From Raillietiella orientalis (lineage: Eukaryota): a DNA stretch of 56,152 bases. Below are positions 1 to 12,718 of this stretch, one piece after another. The position numbers and the translations under genes were made by a program. The notes beneath the pieces were generated by a model, which did no database searches, was not told the DNA's origin, and saw only the letters and a program-made list of their open reading frames with translations. Location of the stretch: positions 2,294,001-2,350,152 of the forward strand of contig JAYWIR010000034.1 in NCBI GenBank assembly GCA_036172245.1. The letters run 5' to 3'. How positions within the stretch are numbered: the stretch's first letter is position 1; every line of letters starts with the position of its first letter.

Positions 1-198
1 CCTCTGAAGACGAATTCTTTCAGAAGCAGGGATTCAGCTAGCACTAATTAATTATCAGAGGATAATTTTCGACCAACACGAAAGTGTGGCCCGTTGTCCC
101 TTGAGTTGACCTGGAGAGGTGGTTTTCTTTGATTCTGCCACTTGTCGTATGGTCGTATCAATCACGAATCGGAACTATGCAAAGCGTCCGTGGATAGA

Positions 199-294
199 AT
201 GTTGGACGAAAATCTTGATTTGCTGGAGGCAGTCGCGGAAGTCTTTCCAGGAGGACTGATACATGCATTCTTCGGTGCGCTCATACAAATTACC
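199..294 (+). mobile_element. Possible MULE transposase relic
   Basis: MLDENLDLLEAVAEVFPGGLIHAFF resembles the MULE motif D....L..AV..VFP.A....C.FH. The Cys and His are not retained. Confidence 0.22.
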
Positions 295-1617
295 CGTTCT
301 CACGGTTCGCAGCAGTTTTCGACGCGTGGATCCACAGCTACACGGATGCGTAGCATTCCGGCAGCTCTCGGAGGTTTTTCGGGGGGTGAGCCATCATCAA
401 CACAGCGCAAGACAAGAAAAAGGGAGTTTAGCAGCCTCCACTCCGAAATGAAACCGGTTTCCGTCGTTACGACTCCTCCTGTCAAGTCATGCACCGGAAC
501 TCCTCAATTTCGGCTTTCTGGACCCCCTTGCATTTTCCAATCTCGTCTAAGCTTAGCAATCACAGCCGGATTTGCATGCAGATAGCAAGAATTCCGCCAA
601 GGCGAAGTTAAATTAAAACAGTCCCAGCATCAGTGCGAGGAAATTGTTTTCCCTGTTTCCGCTCGAGAACCCGTCCTTGTTTTGTAGTCCACGTTCCAGA
701 TCGCTTCCCAGAGCCGGGCGGGAAGTCGAATCGAAGGGTTTCCCACAGGTAACGCTCATTATTCCACCTACGGAGATGAGGAGGGGTCTTCTCCCTCAGA
801 GAGCGACGCTCTTCCCGAAGACTTCTTCCCACCTACGCACGCGCGGCCCTTTTCCTCATTTCCTTTGCCGTTTAATTTGCGATGCGGTTAAGCCGTCTCA
901 TACGCGCATGTTGATCTACACATGGTGATTCCATAAACTGTAAGCGTCGTGAAGTAGGAGGTGGGCTGCTCGAGAAGTGCGGTTGAGAGGAAAGATAGTC
1001 AACAAGCATTTTAACGAGGACAAGAAGTGGATGGCGCACTGTCATCAAGTAAATGAACGGCGTAGAGCAAGCAACAGGCGGATGAAAAAAATTCCTCATC
1101 AGGAAGTGAAACGAGTAACCAAACCTATGAATTACGTAAGCAAAGGGTTGTTGAATTCGCGTGGGAGAACTTGGAAATGATGTGCCCCTCAGGTTCTGCA
1201 GCAGAAGCGGAGGAAGGGTCAGTTTTGGCAGCTTGTTGCTTGGCCGCTCGGGAAAGAAAGCCACTCATCGCCCGTGCTTCAGCAAGAGCCACGCAAAATA
1301 CCTCTCAGATATCCCAGAGGTTGCGAGGGAAACGCGATGTGTCCGAAGGAGCTTCCACGCTTTTCCAAGTTTGTGACACGAAGCTTGAAGCTCACTTCCG
1401 GGTGGTTCGGTGCATCAGAATGACAGAGTTTAGAAAGAGGTATCGACAGCAACATTTCCAGCTTTACCGATCACTTCTGTGATGCGATGGGGAACACTGT
1501 TCATCCGTTCTCTTATCTTTTTGAAATTCCCGTTCCTCTCTCCTATGAAAGTGCTTGAGAGCATTTTTTGTGTACTGTTGTTAGGGGCGTTTCTTTTAGG
1601 TGTGTTGGAAGATTTCG

Positions 1618-1729
1618 TTGCCTCCACCGATCAATCAGAAGAGAAAACAAATCCCAAACGAAATGAAAAGTAACGAAATATCTCAAGGATCGCGTCATCT
1701 GGCATCAAGTGGTCCCAAATAGCCGTCAT
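1618..1729 (-). pseudogene. F-box domain fragment (frameshifted)
   Basis: MTAIWDHLMPDDAILEIFRYFS, then after a frameshift WDLFSLLIDRWRQ. This matches F-box W.DLPD..ILEIF.YL...DL...S.VC.RWR. Confidence 0.5.
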
Positions 1730-4322
1730 AGAGCTGTCTCCCCAAAGGGTAGCCAGAGACAGCAGCCCACCGGCCGATAGGAGTTTTTCTACAGCGTTGC
1801 AGGAGCGACCAAACACCTGGGAGGCTGGAAGTCGAGAGAGCTGGCGGACACCGGCACTTCTCGTTCCAAGCCGAAGGAATCTTCCTCTGAAGATCTCGTA
1901 GTTCCTTTCCTGTGTGTGGACACTTCGGTGTTTTCCACAAAGTGCACTGCTGTTTCTTCACTGGAGCCATCAGTGCAATTCGCAAAGACATCTTGCTTCA
2001 CGGAGAAGCCGCGTCCTCAAGCTGTTTGAGGTGCGTGCCGATTGAGTCGTTCTCACACTTGTTAGTGGACTGCGTTCCCCTGCAACAGCAGCAGCGGAAG
2101 TCTTCAGCAGTCTTCGCTTCTGCACCCCAAGGACACCACCAAGGACTTGCTGATGCGATTCTTCACAGGCGATGGACTCTCGGCAGGTGCCCGTGATCGC
2201 AAAGACGTGCTGCGTCCGCGGTGTCTCCACAGCCCACCATGCGTTGGAGTCTCGGGCTCAGCGAAGGGAGGTCAGCCGCGTGGCAGCAGCCTACAAGGGG
2301 GGCGACTGCGAGGTGGCCTCACCCGAAAGTCGTGACCGAGATTGCCTGCATTCTGTGTCGCTTCTGAGCAGAAAGGAGCGGCGACAGCCAAAGAGCCCTT
2401 TCCTCACCCTTCCATTCTCTTTATTCATTCCTTGTCCCCCTGTTTTGCTCTTCAGACTGCCTTAGTAACCGACGTGTGCTCTGGTGAACTCCTCCCTTGA
2501 AGGTCTTTTTGTTGTGTTTTGGGGACTCCATTCCCGGAGTGACCGAAGAAAAGTTTTCATTTGGAATGGAGCCACGTAATCTTGGACGCCATCATGGAAA
2601 CGCTTCTTCAGGATCCGGACGTCTGAGGTTTCAAAGAGAATTTCCCTTGTATTCTTGCACTGTAAAAATTCAACGATTCTCCTCATTAACAGGTTGAGAT
2701 TTTGAGTGGAAGGAGGGGTTTTGTCTTAACGGAAGACTTAAGCGCCTGCTTCTCAGGGGCGAACAGGTGAGCAAGCAAGCAAACAACCAAACAAGAAAAG
2801 GAAAGACGCATAATTTTCTGGAGATGCAAAGTTGGAAGGATCTCGTTTTTGGTATTCCTATGAATAGGAATTCCTGGATAAATTATGGAATCAGGTTTCT
2901 ATCAGTAGATGCGTCTTTTCTTCCGCAGTTTAGCAGTCTATGCAGGAGAAAAAATATCCGTGAATCTCCTGCAAAATGGAATTCTGAAAACAACATGAAA
3001 GAAACCTGATTTCTTAGATATTAAGGGATTTGATCTCATCCTTCCACACTGTTCGGAAATCCGGAGGAAAGTGTTTCTGCTAACAAATCTGTCAAAATAA
3101 ATGCTCCCTATTCTTCCAGTTTGCCCCCCAAAATAAATACTTAGCTCCAGATTATTCTTAAATCGATATACAAGGATATCCAGTTCGGTGCAGCGCTTGA
3201 GATGAATAGGAGCGGAGATTAGCTGCCATGATGCGCAATAACAACCATGCAGCATCGCCTCAGCCCCTCCCAAAAAAAAGGTTGGACGTACGGATTCTGA
3301 TACCTGGAATTTTACATGGATGTTAGCCTTTGCGGACCGGCACCAGTCGCTGCACGGCATCAGCCCACTTAGGAAATGAGAAATCGGAGTGCCTTTGAAA
3401 GCAAACTTCTCTTTCATCTCATCCTGCTGGAAGTGCTGGCTGCAAAATAGAGAGAATTGGGTTTGGTCTCCTCTCCCGTCTGTGGTTTCGATTCCCTTTT
3501 TCGGGAACTTCTTTCTGAACTTCTTACGTAGCGGACCTTCTCTGGAAAAAGGAACTAGAGGCTTCTGGACATTCGAGGTGCCCTTTGAGAACAAGGCCAA
3601 ACGGAGCTTTGCAACTCTGGTCATTGTCTCGTCGAAGTTCTCTTCCAGGATTGGAAGATGACGAGGAGCAGAAGCATTTTGGAAGAACGAACTGCAGTTT
3701 AGATTAATGGCCAGCATCGGCAAGCCATCGGAACCAGCAGCTTGCTGCCAATGTCTTTGAAAATCGAAACCACTGAGAAGAAAAGCTTTCGCAGATGCAA
3801 ATGTCCCACCCAACTTTCATTTGTGGGTTACTGAGAATCCAAAAGATGATTTCCTCCAAATTGCAAGACGGGTTTTATCATTCGAGATCAGGATTTGATT
3901 TGAGTTGCCAGTGCAAAAGAGCAAAGGCCCCAAAAAACATCCGCTGTTTTTCGGGCCATAAACACTTGAATTCTCCTCTCATGAAGGGATTCCCACTCTT
4001 TCCCGAACAGTCCAATTTTAGGGTGACGTAATTCGTTTCAGAGAGGCTCCACGCGGAAGTGTGGCGTCGTGGACTTCGAATTTCTTTGCCGCGATATACG
4101 GCGAAGTGCTCTTTTGCTGACTTCCGAAGAAGCTTACCCAATGTCAGGCTCCACTCTTGTTAAAACACACAAGTTATGGTGATAGCAGCATTTTTCGCAT
4201 TTGTTGTAGGGCTACGCAACTTTAGTATAACGAAGCTGCGGAGTTGAGAAACATTTTCTCATTTTCACATTAATTGTGACATTATGCAAAAAAGTGACTC
4301 ATTAACAGTGTGGATAAGAGCT

Positions 4323-4370
4323 CAACAGGATGTTGGAATACCAGATGTTGGTGTGACACAGCACATTATC
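4323..4370 (-). pseudogene. Possible EcKL/choline-kinase-like catalytic loop remnant
   Basis: DNVLCHTNIWYSNILL after a TTTATCTTCAAAG acceptor, compared with VLCHGDLW.NNILF. The catalytic Asp is lost. Confidence 0.25.
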
Positions 4371-5017
4371 CTTTGAAGATAAAAATTTTAAGAGTATGAG
4401 TTTTGTGGTCTTATTTGCGAGATGAGAGAGATGAGCATCTCTGAGAGATGTGCATATGAAATAGAACCACAAAAATTGGAAAAGAGCATTGTATTTTGCA
4501 CCATTACGATGACTTGGGTGAAGCTTTTGCTTGATGTCAACAGATGGCATTGTGCATCCGTGGTGCACTGCATACTCCGAACACGCGCAAATCAAGTGGT
4601 GTAGAAAACCATAGGGAAGGGCAGTGCGGGGAGGGCTTCGAGCAGTGCGGTAAGGAATAAGGATGAATTTGTTTCCCGGTGCAGATACGTGAATTCAACT
4701 AGCCGAGGACTCTAGTCGTGAGAAGTGTAGGTACGACACTTAGCCATCTACAAGAGACTGGCCAACCTTCTTGAGCTTTATCTTGTCGTTCCCTGCCGCC
4801 CTTCTTGAGCTTTCTCGAACTTGACCTTTGCAGATTTTTCGAGGCTCCACGAGTCAAAGAGCTTCCATCTGCCTTTGCTTATGCTGCACGGCATTCGCGA
4901 GTATACAGTCCGCTGTTTTGAAAATTGATTGCGTTCAGATAAATCCACGGCGTGCCGGCGAGACGGCGCTCCAAGGTTTGAATTTTGGACATCTCCCACC
5001 ACACTGAGCCTCACGGC

Positions 5018-5037
5018 AGAGAGAGAGAGAGAGAGAG
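5018..5037. repeat. (AG)10 microsatellite
   Basis: Read directly from the sequence. Confidence 0.95.
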
Positions 5038-5065
5038 ATAGAACAATTTGAAACTGAACGTCTGC

Positions 5066-5188
5066 ATGATTCGCCGCTACATGACGAAGCTTCACTCCAC
5101 ATGGAAAGTCAGCGGCCAAGATCGTGTACCTGTAAATGCCGTGGTGCCACAGCACCGAGAAGAGCACAGGAACACGTGTTCAAACCAG
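5066..5188 (+). pseudogene. Death-domain-like exon remnant
   Basis: MIRRYMTKLHSTWKVSGQDRVPVNAVVPQHREEHRNTCSNQ ending at a CAG|GTAGGA donor. Spacing fits L..IA.KLG..WK.LG..LGV....I..I..EH....EQ. Confidence 0.4.
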
Positions 5189-7279
5189 GTAGGAGACGCT
5201 TCACTCTGCCCACTCGTGAAGGAAACATTTGAAACGAAGTTTTTCTGAATGATGGATTGACTGATCATTACGGTATCTTGAGTCCGGAGCAAATCTCTTT
5301 CGCCCACCAGAGAAAGAGATTGCTCTTTCTCCGGTGGGAGCCCTCGAAAGAGTTGAACACAATGAGTGATGGATTTTCGTAGCAGTTACAGTTGACTCAC
5401 GAATGCCATTTGTACCAGATACGCCTTCGCGCTCAAAGCGCCATTACTAAGGGCTCCCGGAACGGCCGCGGATTTTCGGGCAGAAAATAAAAGAAAGCAA
5501 GCATTATTAAGCTGGCATCAACATGAAACACAAAAAAAAGCTCCGTTCTCCGTTGAAAACAGGGAACAAGATACGTGGAGGAACAACGCGTTGTCTGATG
5601 AAGGGTTGCATCTTGTGGGCACCTCGTACTTGTACTTGCTGTGCGAGCACCAGATGTCCGCGGAACGAGAGCGCATGGACTGCCCTTTCCTTCCGGGCCA
5701 TCACCGCTGGGTATCGCGCAAACAAGAGTACCAGTTCGAGGCTGTCGACAGAAATTTCGAGAACACGGAAGTTTCTCACTGGGTATCGATCTCGGGAGTC
5801 TAGCCCCAATGTTGCGATTCCAAGATGAACTCGCCACAAAATCATCGAGAATAGGAATGCACTTTGCACTTCAGAGGGATGAAATGGATGAAATCATCGC
5901 TAAACTTCCGGTTGCTGAAGATCTCCAGATTAAGGAACGCAGCATCTCACAAGCAGAGGAGCATCGGAGGTGCTCCCGTTCTTCCAGCCTCTTTCTCTGC
6001 TGGCTCCGTGGGACCCATAGAGTTATCGAGGGAAAGATTCGTGGATCCGAAGAAGTGATGCTCTCCTCCGAACTCCGGTCTGGTAGAGCCCCAGTTTCGA
6101 GCGGAAGAGTGAGAGAAACCCAGGCGGCGACAGGAAAACGGAAGACCGATACAGGACTCCTGAAAAACGATAAAAACTGCCATTTTGGATCATGAGAATG
6201 ATCAAGCCTATAGAATTTTATAGTAGTTGAAGGAGAGTCATTCGTTACCGAGACAACGCTGCACCCCTGGCTCTTCGTCTAAGATATTTTGCCATCATCC
6301 TAGCTACTTGCTTTCGATGGTGCCGTCGCCGCCCATTAAAGAGAGAAACGAATAAAAAAATCCGCAGTGACACCTGCAATATGATTCCATGGACTACATT
6401 TAAAGAGAGGAATTCGAGCGCGCCACATGTGCTTTCACCGACAAATGCTTCCCTTCCACTGTCTAGGTACCATCGAAGAAAAGTGTGCTTGGCTTTGTCC
6501 CAGAAAAACGCTGAAATGGGACAATATCTCGAGAATTTTCAATCGGGCGGACTCTTCCGATGAATGTGCTGTACGGATATCTATAATTATGCGTCAAATT
6601 GGGATTTCTTGCATGTACTATACTGAAATGAAAACTCCGGTCACTCAGCCTAAAGAAGCAACCTTTGAAGCGCGCATCGGTGTGGGAACTCAATCTCTAA
6701 ATCGTTCAAATTGCAGCCGCTGCTCTCGTAAAATGCCTAAAATGCCTTCCTTCGAGAATTTTCACCTTGCTAGAAGAGGTCACGGGTGCTCAGATCATCC
6801 TGCTAAAGAGACAGGGAGTCATAGGCCTGCAATGCTTCGAAAACAAAGAAACGAGCAAAGTTAAAAAAAACATAAAAAACAAGGAATGATTGAAGCGGTT
6901 TTCTTACGCTACAGCCTCTTTTGGAACTGCACTTTTTCTTCTGTACATCTCAAATTCAAGTTTCGGCTCATACCAAGCGAATATTTCTCTCTTCATGTAC
7001 ACGGAAGTCGCTGTATCTTCACACTTGAGGACACGAAGTGCGTTAATTACGAAGAAATCAACTTGCGATTCACTCACGTCCTCTCAGTCAAAGTGCACCT
7101 CTGAACAGGGTCACCTGCTTCAAAGGGATGAACCTGTCATCTCATGGGAACAGCACGGTGCTGGCAATGCATGCTGTTTCCTGGTGCAGATGGTAATCCC
7201 AAGAAATTCGTTTGGGATTCAAAATATTTTCACTTGTCATAACGGGATTCAAATCTTTGGTCCAGGAAAATTCTTTATC

Positions 7280-7540
7280 ACTTCAGCAACTGCTAAATTC
7301 TGCGGAACTAGGCTCGGTTGGAACTCCTGCCTGTACAAGAATCGTCCACCAAGGATGGATCTGACCGTATATGCAGGAGATGTGGAACGCGGTGGCGAAC
7401 CCATGATGCCGCCCACGGTACGATGATCATCCAAGCAGGCAGAGGAAGCGTGGAGCGAATCAAATCAGAGGAACGTGGCTTTCTCGGAATCGTGGAGGCG
7501 TCCACCACCCAATGAAACTGCAGCAGCAGCGACACGCGGT
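7280..7540 (-). mobile_element. Possible Penelope-like element RT relic
   Basis: LLLQFHWVVDASTIP resembles LVSFDVVSLFT.IP. A second frame gives TVGGIMGSPPRS, resembling G..MGSP.SP. Confidence 0.33.
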
Positions 7541-8125
7541 CATCCTCACTGCATCTTCGCCGGTGTGGAGTGCAGTGGTACCACCTCCTTTGCACCCTTA
7601 GGCCATCGATGGGAATCGCAAGCACCTTGCAGAGGCTGTAGATGGAGAGTTGCTGATCCGGTTTCCTTTTTCTCAATCAATCTTCTCATTCATTTATTGC
7701 CTTCTTGCAAGCCTGCGCCAAACATCACTTGCGTGTTGGAGACTCCTCTTTGGTGGAGTTGTTACTATTTTTTTTTGTGTGTGCTCCACGTGGGGACTCT
7801 GTTTGTCTTTCTCATTCTCTTTTCTTGTTTGTTTTTCTGCAATGAATGCCCTGGCATGACCTCATCCCGCCATATTACTGAACCATCTATGCACCTATGC
7901 ATGGACTCCAGACCTGATTTGCTGCTTCAAGGCCAGGGATCAGTCATTGTCATCGTAGACGTTGTATCTCATAGGGCCTTCCGCCAAGGTGGTGGAAGAC
8001 GCAAGGAATCCTTCTCCATCGAGAAAGTTCCGAATCCCTCTGAGACTCTTGAAATCGTGGCAACCCAGGAGCGACGACGTGCTGCGGACGCTGAAGACCG
8101 CGAAAGAAGAAATTAAAATACCATC

Positions 8126-8256
8126 ATGGAGAAGGTGGTCTGCGCGCGCATCCAGCATTTGGGAGACATACTGGAGGAACAGAGTGGACCGCCGACCAGG
8201 CCTTGCCTGTCCTTCTCAATGGCTTCGCCCTGACCGACGAGTTGACACAAGCAGCC
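8126..8256 (+). mobile_element. Possible LINE RT relic
   Basis: MEKVVCARIQHLGDILEEQSG (then a frameshift, RRPG) resembles K.LEK.V..RL.....L.EEQ.GFRPG. It is followed by ALTDELTQA. Confidence 0.33.
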
Positions 8257-8976
8257 AGGCCAAATAGACGGTGGGGAAGCTCTTGCACACCAACTGCTTG
8301 TATGCTGGACACTGTGCTATGTAACGAAAATGTACATACAATCTTAGAGAATCGAAAGAAGCAAAATGCACAAAGACCACCTTTTCTGAGAGGAGAAGCT
8401 GACAACGTTTTCACATAAGGGCTGTCTTCTGCAAGTTTTTCGGTGCCTCCTGAGAAAAGGAAACTTCAAACACTTGGAGGCACTGCTAAAGTGCACCCAT
8501 GCCACGGTTAAGGAGTCTCGAACCCACTGCCATTCGTCTTTCGCTGTAGCGGGAAGATTGGTTCAAGCAGTTTGAGCTAAGGTAAGAATGCATGATTTGT
8601 TCTGTCCACCTCAAAACACAAGGAGCTCAAATCCAGCCCATCGGGGCTGGAACGAGTTCGATTGAGATTTTTGAGACCTTTTTGAGATTCTTTCGCCGGT
8701 CCTTGGAAGAGCCACTGAAGTGGCCAGCGTAGGCAAGGTACTGAAATGCCTCCAGCCAGACACGACTGAGTGAGGCAATCACCTCACCTCGTCCCTGCGG
8801 CGCTATTGGAGCAAGGAGTATTGACGGGATGGAGCACCAGAAAGCGAAACTACTGGACAGGGTGGGCGAAGAGCGGTAGAACTGAGAAATGCGCGTCTGA
8901 CACGGAGCAGATTGGCTGGAAAACAACCCAACAGAGGAGTTTCTCGGGATTTCCAAAAGCCCTTGGTTTGGAAGTC

Positions 8977-9114
8977 GACCGCACATCCAGGGTCTGCTGC
9001 GATCTCCGAGCGCTCGCAAGGAGCGAGCTCATTGAGATCCAGGATTTTATACGGAAAACTGCACACCCGCGAATCGGGAAGTTCTTCCGGAAGCTTCAAA
9101 CCTCGATCACGTAT
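8977..9114 (+). mobile_element. Ty3/gypsy RT N-terminal relic
   Basis: Within ORF 8770..9129, DRTSRVCCDLRAL resembles DG..R.C.D.R.LN, and HPRIGKFFRKLQTSITY resembles LPRI..L...L..A..F. Confidence 0.5.
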
Positions 9115-12100
9115 GAACGTGGCGAGTAACCCTGAATGTCAGAGATCGATTCCCTAAAACCCTCATTTGATTAACCACTCCGTGTAAGATGGCTTCCTGA
9201 ATCTTTGATATTGTTTCCAACATCGGATCTCCGATGAAGCGGCAAGAGTACAGTGGTTGGGAAAAACGGGAAAAAATATAAACACCAAATCTCATGGTGC
9301 TATCCAGCTGACTGACCGGGTAGAAATTCTCATTCAAAGATTACGTGGTTTAACGCTCCAAGAAGCATTTAATTGAGGAAACAGTCTCCTACAAGAGTAT
9401 CTTTCTTTTACAATCAGCTGCAGCGCTCATTTTATTTCAGGAAAAGGAGCGGACAAGATTATCCTCGGGTTTCGCCGATACATCAGGCCTTTCTATCAGC
9501 ATTCCTCAAGCGATAACGCAATTAAAAGCTTCGATATTGGGAAGTCGCCACCGTGGCTCCCTGCGCTTCCGCACATCCGAGTGCTGAATGACTCGAACAC
9601 GTCCTGGAATTTAGCGTCTGCCATCTTCCTGTGAGCAGATGCTCGAGCATCATCTTGTGAAGGCTTTCAGCAGGCTGGATGATCACGGGAAGCGAAAATG
9701 AGAAGATGTACCGGGTACACAGAATGGTTTGGAGCAAGGAAATGAATGGAGACGAACACTCATTTGTTTCCAGGGCATCCGCAAAGCAGAAAGACCTTGA
9801 GGCTCATGACTTTCGTCTCCTAACAGTTGGAGCGCCAGTCTTTTGCATTTCCTCCCGGCCATAAGGAGGGAATGGAGCTAAGCGTAGCTAAACCTCCGGA
9901 TGGCTCACAAAGGACCAAACAGCCGGATCCTCAGATGACGGAGACCTTGACTTCGGAGCGCCAGCCAAAAGAAGCGAAATTTCTCAACAACCAAAAATCG
10001 GACTGCGAAATTCGAATTCGGAACTGATCACCAATGCGGCATCGTGTGCAACCGAAGTGCTTCTTTCTCCTCTTCTGAGGGACCCGATTCCTGGTCCTGT
10101 CTCCGCCCGCCTAAGCTTCCCTTCTCAGCAGCAGATTTTGCTGTGGCGATTGCTTTCCAATCCCTTCGAATGTCCACAAAACTCCGAGAGTTTGAAATAT
10201 GTAGGAGGTGGGCAGGAAGCCACACAATGAAGGGAATTCTTGCTTTTGGTTCCCCGATCCGTTCCTCTGGAACAGATCTTCCAGACGGGATCCCTTGAAA
10301 GCGCATCATTTCGGCCCCTCATTGTGAACGCGTAGGACGGACTTTAAGGATATTCTTTCCTACGTGGTGCGCGGAAAGAGCTTCGACACTCGGTTCCGAC
10401 CGGAGTTGCGTCTTTCAGTTTCTTCCAGCTCCGAGGGTTTCCGAGGTTCTCAAGGGTTCCCATTTTTTTGTTCCCCATTTCCGGAATGCAAAGTGCAGAA
10501 ATCTGTCTAGGAAACTCGAACAGCATCTTGATAAATCAGTGTCAGGGATCCGATTATTGAGCCACCTAGATCTTGGGAAACGCGATAGTTCGCAAGCATA
10601 GGAAAGATGGCGTTGCTAGGGCGACGATTTGGAACCCAGCCCTTTCCTTGTCAGTTGATGATTTAGTCGCCCGCCTGTTCACCGATGATCTCCCCACTTT
10701 ATATTCAGTGGAACCCCCTCCTCCTCTGCATTTTGTCAAGATTGTGATCCCCCCGGATTCGGGGGACGATTTCATCTTCCTCTTCCCTATGAAAAACGCA
10801 GCCTCTCTTGACTAGTCATTTCCAAGAAACAGCAAGGTCCCCTCCATGCAGGATTCGGTATTTTCGGCACACTCGTTCCGTCTCCTCAAAGTTTGCTCTT
10901 GGTAGTTCCTCTACACTTTCCTCCTCTGAAAGGGCATGAACTTCTCCACGAAACTTCTCTGACATCTCATGGGTGCGTCAGCTGACTTCTGGAACGAAGT
11001 TTTCTTACGCGGTCGAGGATTCTGCAAGTCCCTCAGAAGCGAGGAACAGCAGAACAACCTGTTTCAAGCTGACTGAAGAAGATGCGAGTCGGAAAAGGGG
11101 CGAAGGCGGGTGGGCACTCGAAAAGCGCCCTGCAACCTGGTGGAAGAGCACTTGAGAAAATGAAGCTGAAGAGGGAAAAGATGGGTGAGTCGTGGAACTT
11201 GGGTGAGAAACGTGATAGGTATGGGAGCGGCATCACGAACCGCATCCATACGAACGGGGGAGCCCTCGATAAAAGGTTCCCTTCGAAAATGCGCACACAG
11301 AGTTTGCAAAATCTCTTCTCCTAACGCTGTTTTTTCCTCAGGATGCAGATGAGATCCTGTTTCTATAGTTACTCCTGGCTTCCCGATGCTTGATGGACTT
11401 TCTAGAAATTTCTTGCTTCAAGCAAATCATCAAACTGACTTTTCTCCTCTCTGAATCCTCGAGAAGCAGGAAAGGGAAGTTTTAAACCGGGAACGAAATT
11501 TTCTCTTTCTGTTCCTTGAGACCATTATTTCTAGACCTTGAGAGCACTCGCAGTTTATCGCTGATTTTGGGGATCGTTTTCCAGTCAGGTGTTGGCTGCA
11601 GAACAGTTCCCTTTTTCCACAGTGAAGTTGCATATCAGCAGATACCGACAAGGTTTCTCGGATGTTTACACTTCATCCCTACAAGCACCAGACATCGGCA
11701 GTCACAAAGAGAAGAGAGCGAATCTTGTTTGCATATTGAATTTGGCACTTCACAAACCATGTAAATTAGTGGTCTCCGACTTTCACAAGCAAAGAGATCA
11801 CCTTCAAACGCGGGCATGTGAATGGCGAAACAGTATGCCCATGCATATCAAAGAATTTCTTGAACCGAACAACGAAAAAAGGTCATTTCTTTTAAGAAAA
11901 AAAAAAAAATCAAGAAAGTGAAATGGCATCCCTGTTTTAGCAATCCTCTGAATTTTATTGTCTAGTGTCAGCCAGCAGAGTTCTATTTTCCATAAGTGAA
12001 AGAAGAAGGAAAAGTAGAGAATTTTGAAGCCGTGCACCTCTGGAGTGAGAGCGCAACACACCTCACTCCTGTGCACCGCGGATGACTCCATCAACATAAC

Positions 12101-12380
12101 GGAATGATCGCCTCCAGTCTGTAGAAGCGAAAACAACAGCGCATGAAAATTTCGGGTTTATCGACTGCATGGGGAAATTTTACAATCCAACCCAGATGAT
12201 GTTTACTATGGAATTTTCGAGAAATTTACCTTCACTCATCATTCTTTCGAGTGATGACAAACACACTCATCATCCCTGGGGTACACAGTCGTGACCGACT
12301 CCGCTGCCGACCTCTTTCTCCATTTCGTGTATATGCAAAAGTCATCAGGCGCGCCGGAACGAAAGTATAGCGCCCCTCGT

Positions 12381-12526
12381 TTATTAGTAATCCTTTTCAG
12401 TACTTTTCACTATCATTATAAAATAAAATTTTTTACTAATAATTTCATACTCAAATTTAACAGAATTTCAAATAATTACCAATATCAAATTAATTTTTAC
12501 CTTAATAAGTTAACTTACCCCCTTGC
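12381..12526 (-). pseudogene. rrnL: Continuation of the NUMT: probable 5' part of mitochondrial 16S rRNA (trnV not recognisable)
   Basis: AT-rich and contiguous with the 12S end. GATAGTGAAAAGTACTGAAAAGGA resembles the conserved 5' LSU block ATAG..AGTACCGCAAGGGAAAG. Confidence 0.55.
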
Positions 12527-12718
12527 CTAGATACACCTTCCGGTACATCTACTATGTTACGACTTATCTAATATTACATCAGAGCGACGGGCGATTTGTA
12601 TTTAATGATTATTATATTCAATTAACCTTTCTCAGATAAATTTACAATTAAATCCTGTTTCAATACAAAATTACATGCATATATCCAAATCTAATATATT
12701 GTAGTTTACGAATTATTC
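12527..12718 (-). rRNA. rrnS: Nuclear copy (NUMT) of the 3' end of mitochondrial 12S rRNA (pseudogene)
   Basis: The minus strand reads ...TACAAATCGCCCGTCGCTCTGATGTAATATTAGATAAGTCGTAACATAGTAGATGTACCGGAAGGTGTATCTAG. This contains the conserved SSU blocks (ATCGCCCGTC, AAGTCGTAAC) and the terminal helix, with the very short helix 44 typical of arthropod mt 12S. Upstream blocks AACTACAATA and TGAAACAGGATTTAATTGTAAA also fit 12S. It lies in a sharply AT-rich island. Confidence 0.93.

Noticed and set aside
2938..3813. 291-aa minus-strand ORF
   Set aside because: Non-ATG start, no recognisable domain, and it runs through intron-like sequence. Treated as spurious.
4766..4813. 14-bp direct repeat CCTTCTTGAGCTTT flanking 20 nt
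   Set aside because: The insert is too small to be a mobile element. A local slippage duplication is more likely.
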